DNA of 28,808 bases from a virus (taxonomy: Duplodnaviria; Caudoviricetes): positions 1-28,808 of the IMG/VR virus record IMGVR_UViG_3300032291_000398. One strand, written 5' to 3'. The position numbers and the translations under genes are program-made. Under the pieces are notes generated by a model, which made no database searches, had not been told where the DNA came from, and worked only from the letters and a program-made list of their open reading frames with translations. Every line of letters starts with the position of its first letter. Position 1 is the first letter of the stretch. This document shows positions 25,472 to 28,808 of this stretch, one piece after another.

Positions 25472-25737
25472 TATTTTTTATCCCTTTCCTCTAATAACTT
25501 TACTCTTACATGTATATCAAAAATCTCTCTATAAATTTCTTCTCGCATTTTTGCTCTACGTTCTGCCGATATAGGGCTGTCAGTTGGAACACCTTCGTTT
25601 GTAATCAATGCGGGCATTTTGCCTTCTATCTTTACTAAACGCTCATTAAAAGAACCGACTGAGTTTAACAACCATATAATTGCTGACACCAACATTGGCA
25701 AAAGAATCTTGGCTACGTCTTCCATTTTAAAGTTCAT
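25471..25737 (-). CDS. Small membrane-anchored protein in the lysis cassette
   Basis: N-terminal TM segment ILLPMLVSAIIWLL followed by a charged helical region. Overlaps both neighbours. Confidence 0.7.
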   Translation of the reverse strand: MNFKMEDVAKILLPMLVSAIIWLLNSVGSFNERLVKIEGKMPALITNEGVPTDSPISAERRAKMREEIYREIFDIHVRVKLLEERDKK

Positions 25738-26354
25738 TGCGCCCCCTGATCAAACATCCATTTAATAAACCATGCGAATCCTGCGATGATTAGCGTAATA
25801 ACAAACCCACCTATGCAATTGTAAATAATATTCAGCGTCTTGGCTCTTGCTCTTCTTTTACGCATCTTCTCTGCTGCTATTGCTAATCTTGCTTCTGTTG
25901 CTGCGCGTCTTGCGTCTTCTGCTTTAGCTTCTCGTTCTTTGCGTAGTCGGCTTAACCTTGTCCAGAACTCATCCCACATACCAGACTCATCAAAGTGATA
26001 GATCATGATGTGCTTGATCTGGTCGTAGTATTCTTTAATCTGCCTATCGGCAGCCATCATATCCATCACGTACTCGGCATCGCTAATTGGGTCTACTACC
26101 GGCTCACCATTTGCTATTGCTTCGTCTTGCGCTTTCTTTGCATCTTCTAACTGCGATCTATTTTCTTCGTACTTACTTGCCGCCCTGAAAAACTTCTTCA
26201 CAGGTGAAAGTGAATCGCCTAATTTTTTACCCGAGTCAACGCACTCATTAATTGCATCTACAGCTTCTCGCGCCTCATCGGCTGCTGATTTAACTGCGTT
26301 AACTACAAGCTTTACGCCTTGTATAGCTAACCCTATTGTCATCGGGTCGATCAT
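25734..26354 (-). CDS. Coiled-coil protein with C-terminal TM helix
   Basis: MIDPMTIG start, charged helical body and TM segment IGGFVITLIIAGFAWFI. Confidence 0.75.
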   Translation of the reverse strand: MIDPMTIGLAIQGVKLVVNAVKSAADEAREAVDAINECVDSGKKLGDSLSPVKKFFRAASKYEENRSQLEDAKKAQDEAIANGEPVVDPISDAEYVMDMMAADRQIKEYYDQIKHIMIYHFDESGMWDEFWTRLSRLRKEREAKAEDARRAATEARLAIAAEKMRKRRARAKTLNIIYNCIGGFVITLIIAGFAWFIKWMFDQGAQ

Positions 26355-26365
26355 TATTCATCTTT

Positions 26366-26653
26366 CTAGGGCTTAGGGTATTTATCTTTTACTGCTTGTA
26401 TTGCAGCTTTCCACGATTCAATCCCCCCGTGATACAACAAATCAAACTGATCTGCATAAGAAGGGTACTCTGCGGCTCTTAGTCTTTGATACTCTGTAGC
26501 TGCTAGTTCGGCAACTACTGTGTTGTATTGTGGAAAGGCAGCAGCCAATTCTTCTGCTGTTGGGATAGTTTCAAAATACACCTCATCCGGAGCCATAAAC
26601 TGAGGTTCCAAACAAGCCCTAAAACTAAAACCATTATTAAAATAAGCTCTCAT
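26366..26653 (-). CDS. Tail fibre assembly/chaperone-like protein
   Basis: YQRLRAAEYPS..DQFDLLYH...AVKDKYPKP pattern. ATG at 26653 overlaps the TGA of the upstream fibre gene. Confidence 0.7.
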   Translation of the reverse strand: MRAYFNNGFSFRACLEPQFMAPDEVYFETIPTAEELAAAFPQYNTVVAELAATEYQRLRAAEYPSYADQFDLLYHGGIESWKAAIQAVKDKYPKP

Positions 26654-27444
26654 GCCCATGCTCCTACGATAGTGTTTGCACCGCTTGTGCCTACCGGATA
26701 TATGTTTATATATGATCCTATCTGAACTGTATAAGCGCCGCCGGGGGCGGCAGATAAAATGTATTGAGGTGTGAAAGTACCTCCAGCATTAACAGACACA
26801 GTCCCCCAAAACCTGACTGTAGTAAACACATTTGCACTAGCTAAGGATGTTGTATACGCAGTGTTTGCTAACGACAAGGTAAATCCTGCAAATACGTTTG
26901 TATTAAGTGGAGCTGATGACGACACACTCGCAAATCCTAAACCGCCAAATGAAGCATTATTTACTGTAGCGGTACCGCCAAAACCATAACTAACAGTATG
27001 CGCCGTAGCGCCAGCGGTCTTAAGAAGCGTATAAAAGCCTTCAAACGCATACACCGTACTTCCACTTAATGTAACGCTAGCGCCAAAAACTGACTGTGCT
27101 GTATTGACATTAGCCCCTACATTAGCTGTGTTTAATCTGTAGTACTGCGCTGCTGGCATCAACCCACGCTGAGTTCCTTGTGGAGTAAAGTAAGGTAATT
27201 TACCGTCATATTCAAAACCCCCTGCAATAGGAGTAGTTACTAGCGTTCCAGCAGTAAAATCTAAAGGAACAAGCGTAGATGTGCCAGCAATCATGGCGAT
27301 AGTGGCGCTTGTAATATTAGGGCCTATAAGCGTTTTATTTGTTAAAGTTTGGGTATCAGTAGTACCAACAACTGTTCCTACCGGATTACCTACACCACCA
27401 GCAGGGAAAATTACGCCAGTTGAACCATCAATAATTGTTGTCAT
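26650..27444 (-). CDS. Tail fibre-like protein (paralogue of 27455-28354)
   Basis: MTTIIDGSTG start, TDTQTLTNKTL motif and PLDFTAGTLVTTPIAGGFEYDG. Confidence 0.72.
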   Translation of the reverse strand: MTTIIDGSTGVIFPAGGVGNPVGTVVGTTDTQTLTNKTLIGPNITSATIAMIAGTSTLVPLDFTAGTLVTTPIAGGFEYDGKLPYFTPQGTQRGLMPAAQYYRLNTANVGANVNTAQSVFGASVTLSGSTVYAFEGFYTLLKTAGATAHTVSYGFGGTATVNNASFGGLGFASVSSSAPLNTNVFAGFTLSLANTAYTTSLASANVFTTVRFWGTVSVNAGGTFTPQYILSAAPGGAYTVQIGSYINIYPVGTSGANTIVGAWA

Positions 27445-27454
27445 AATTTACCCC

Positions 27455-28354
27455 TTAAACAAAAGTGCCTACATTAGCGGCGGGCAAACGAGTCAATTTA
27501 TAGTAACTACCCGTTAACGGAGTAACAGTACCTGCACTTGATGTAATCCGTAAATCCAACGTGCCACCTGTAGTTGCATTAGTTTGAAACATTGCACGTA
27601 TCGCATATTGGTGATTAGCCGAGGTAGTTAAAGAGCCAGTAGCAGGCAGTGCTCCAGCAGTTGCGGTTGATTTAATTAAAGCGGCTGTTTGTGGGGTGCC
27701 TACCGCGCCTACCCCAGTTGCTTGAGAGCCAACATAATGGGCGTTGTTATTGATAGGTGCATTAGAAAATGTCATTGTGAATGTAGCAGTACCTGCAGTA
27801 GTTTTTGTAAAATACAAATACGCTTCTAGTTCAAAAAAAGTGCTTGGGTCTAACGATACCCCAGATGTGGGGCCAAAGAAGTTAGCAATAGTACTAATTG
27901 CGCTGCCGTCGGAGGTTAGCCGGAAGTAATGTGGAGCTTGTATAAACCCACGCCCACATGTAACGTCAGCGGTAGCATAAAAAGCATTGCCATCAAACTC
28001 CATAGCGCCCGCAACAGGTGTGGTTAATAACGCGCCGAGGGTAAAATCTAATGGTGGGAGTGTTGTTGTACCCGCAGCCATAGTTATAGTGCCAGAAGAT
28101 ACATTTATACCACCACCGGATACAGTTAATCCATTTGAAGTTATATCTAAACCACCTGATACAGTCGATGCCCCTGATATATTTGCTCCACCTGACACAG
28201 TCAGTCCACTTACTACATTTAACCCACTTATAGTTATTGGTGCTAATCCGACAGGGAAACTAACAATTTGCGAAGTGCTAATGTTGATAGCGCTAACACC
28301 GCCTGTCTGTATGGTACCGGAGCCGTCTGGATTTGCTAGGAGACTGATTGTCAT
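27455..28354 (-). CDS. Tail fibre-like protein
   Basis: SGLxV/SGGxxI short repeats and PLDFTLGALLTTPVAGAMEFDG. GAGG RBS. Confidence 0.72.
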   Translation of the reverse strand: MTISLLANPDGSGTIQTGGVSAINISTSQIVSFPVGLAPITISGLNVVSGLTVSGGANISGASTVSGGLDITSNGLTVSGGGINVSSGTITMAAGTTTLPPLDFTLGALLTTPVAGAMEFDGNAFYATADVTCGRGFIQAPHYFRLTSDGSAISTIANFFGPTSGVSLDPSTFFELEAYLYFTKTTAGTATFTMTFSNAPINNNAHYVGSQATGVGAVGTPQTAALIKSTATAGALPATGSLTTSANHQYAIRAMFQTNATTGGTLDLRITSSAGTVTPLTGSYYKLTRLPAANVGTFV

Positions 28355-28363
28355 TTGTTACCT

Positions 28364-28630
28364 CTACTTAATAATATTTACTATTCTGCTGTTGTCTTCC
28401 AAAGCAGTAAACTCATGGCTTTGGTTTGCTGGAAAATCTATTACTGATCCTGCGCCGTACTCTGCTGACCATTCATTACCATGCGCTTTTACTCTACCTC
28501 TAGCAACTATGGTTATATGAGCGTTACCTTCTTGATGCGTGTGCATAGGTAATACATCACCTTCTTTTTCAAAGGTATATACAGTGCCAGATAACTTACC
28601 TACGGTTAATGGTGTATCAAGCAATGACAT
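28364..28630 (-). CDS. Cupin (RmlC-like) domain protein
   Basis: GDVLPMHTH...HITIVARG and FPANQSHEF cupin motifs. The start at 28630 is chosen over 28648 but is uncertain. Confidence 0.85.
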   Translation of the reverse strand: MSLLDTPLTVGKLSGTVYTFEKEGDVLPMHTHQEGNAHITIVARGRVKAHGNEWSAEYGAGSVIDFPANQSHEFTALEDNSRIVNIIK

Positions 28631-28808
28631 TAGGCGCGCCACCTTCAACTACTGGAATAGGCTTTACAGGGACAGCAATAATAGTTTGTGTTTCGGTATC
28701 ATAGTAAAACCGATCTGCCATCACATCGTCAGCGCACTCAACCCAAAACAAAATAGGATTAACTTCAAACGTAGTATCAGCTACTTCAGCAACTCGTACG
28801 CCCAACAA
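28617..28808 (-). CDS. Partial small hypothetical protein (5' end outside the window), tail-fibre associated
   Basis: Open frame to the window edge. RVAEV...FEV...LFWVECAD pattern. Confidence 0.6.
   Translation of the reverse strand: MLGVRVAEVADTTFEVNPILFWVECADDVMADRFYYDTETQTIIAVPVKPIPVVEGGAPNVIA

Larger units (their letters stand above)
1..28808. mobile_element. Tailed dsDNA bacteriophage genome segment (podovirus-like), with convergent replication and virion arms
   Basis: Tightly packed ORFs in two convergent blocks. Contains primase-helicase, SNF2 helicase, tail nozzle, tail collar, endolysin/holin and ejection-type proteins. No cellular housekeeping genes. Free phage versus prophage cannot be decided from this window. 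Confidence 0.95.

Noticed and set aside
21205-28354. Diversity-generating retroelement or invertible tail-fibre cassette
   Set aside because: No reverse transcriptase or invertase in the window, no near-identical template/variable repeat pair seen, and all fibre genes are co-oriented.
7179-28520. Numerous + strand ORFs of 60-184 aa opposite the virion genes (e.g. 11176-11712, 20175-20729, 22049-22594, 25086-25574, 27987-28520)
   Set aside because: They are antisense shadows of Gly/Thr/Ala-rich genes, with no recognisable motifs, and lie fully within better-supported - strand CDSs.
1-28808. Genome-wide TAG recoding
   Set aside because: Long genes are intact under the standard code and TAG ends several genes cleanly. 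Only one suspicious in-frame TAG was seen.

Overview
The whole window is a gene-dense piece of a tailed dsDNA phage genome with podovirus-like architecture. No host genes, integrase, capsid, portal or terminase are visible. The + arm (1-6543) is a replication module: small ORF, SNF2-type helicase, conserved small protein, SSB/annealing-like protein, HTH protein, AEP primase/DUF927 helicase fusion and a small ORF. The - arm (6615-28808) is a virion module: many short tail-fibre-like genes, an embedded lysis cassette (M15A peptidase and holin), a tail nozzle, ejection/internal proteins, a GNAT, and a 2203-aa polyvalent protein with metallopeptidase, ADP-ribosyltransferase and LPD38-like domains. 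The arms converge at an intrinsic terminator near 6600. Best leads: (1) a candidate ~60-nt sRNA (6556-6616) with its own promoter-like site and terminator, whose 11-nt core is the exact complement of the RBS of two replication-arm genes, with 7 nt matching a third; (2) a switchable, pseudoknot-capable RNA leader upstream of the primase; (3) a ~65-75 aa module inserted in frame six times in four tail genes; (4) a single in-frame TAG splitting what looks like one ejection-protein gene. All protein calls come from motif recognition by eye. No searches or folding programs were run.
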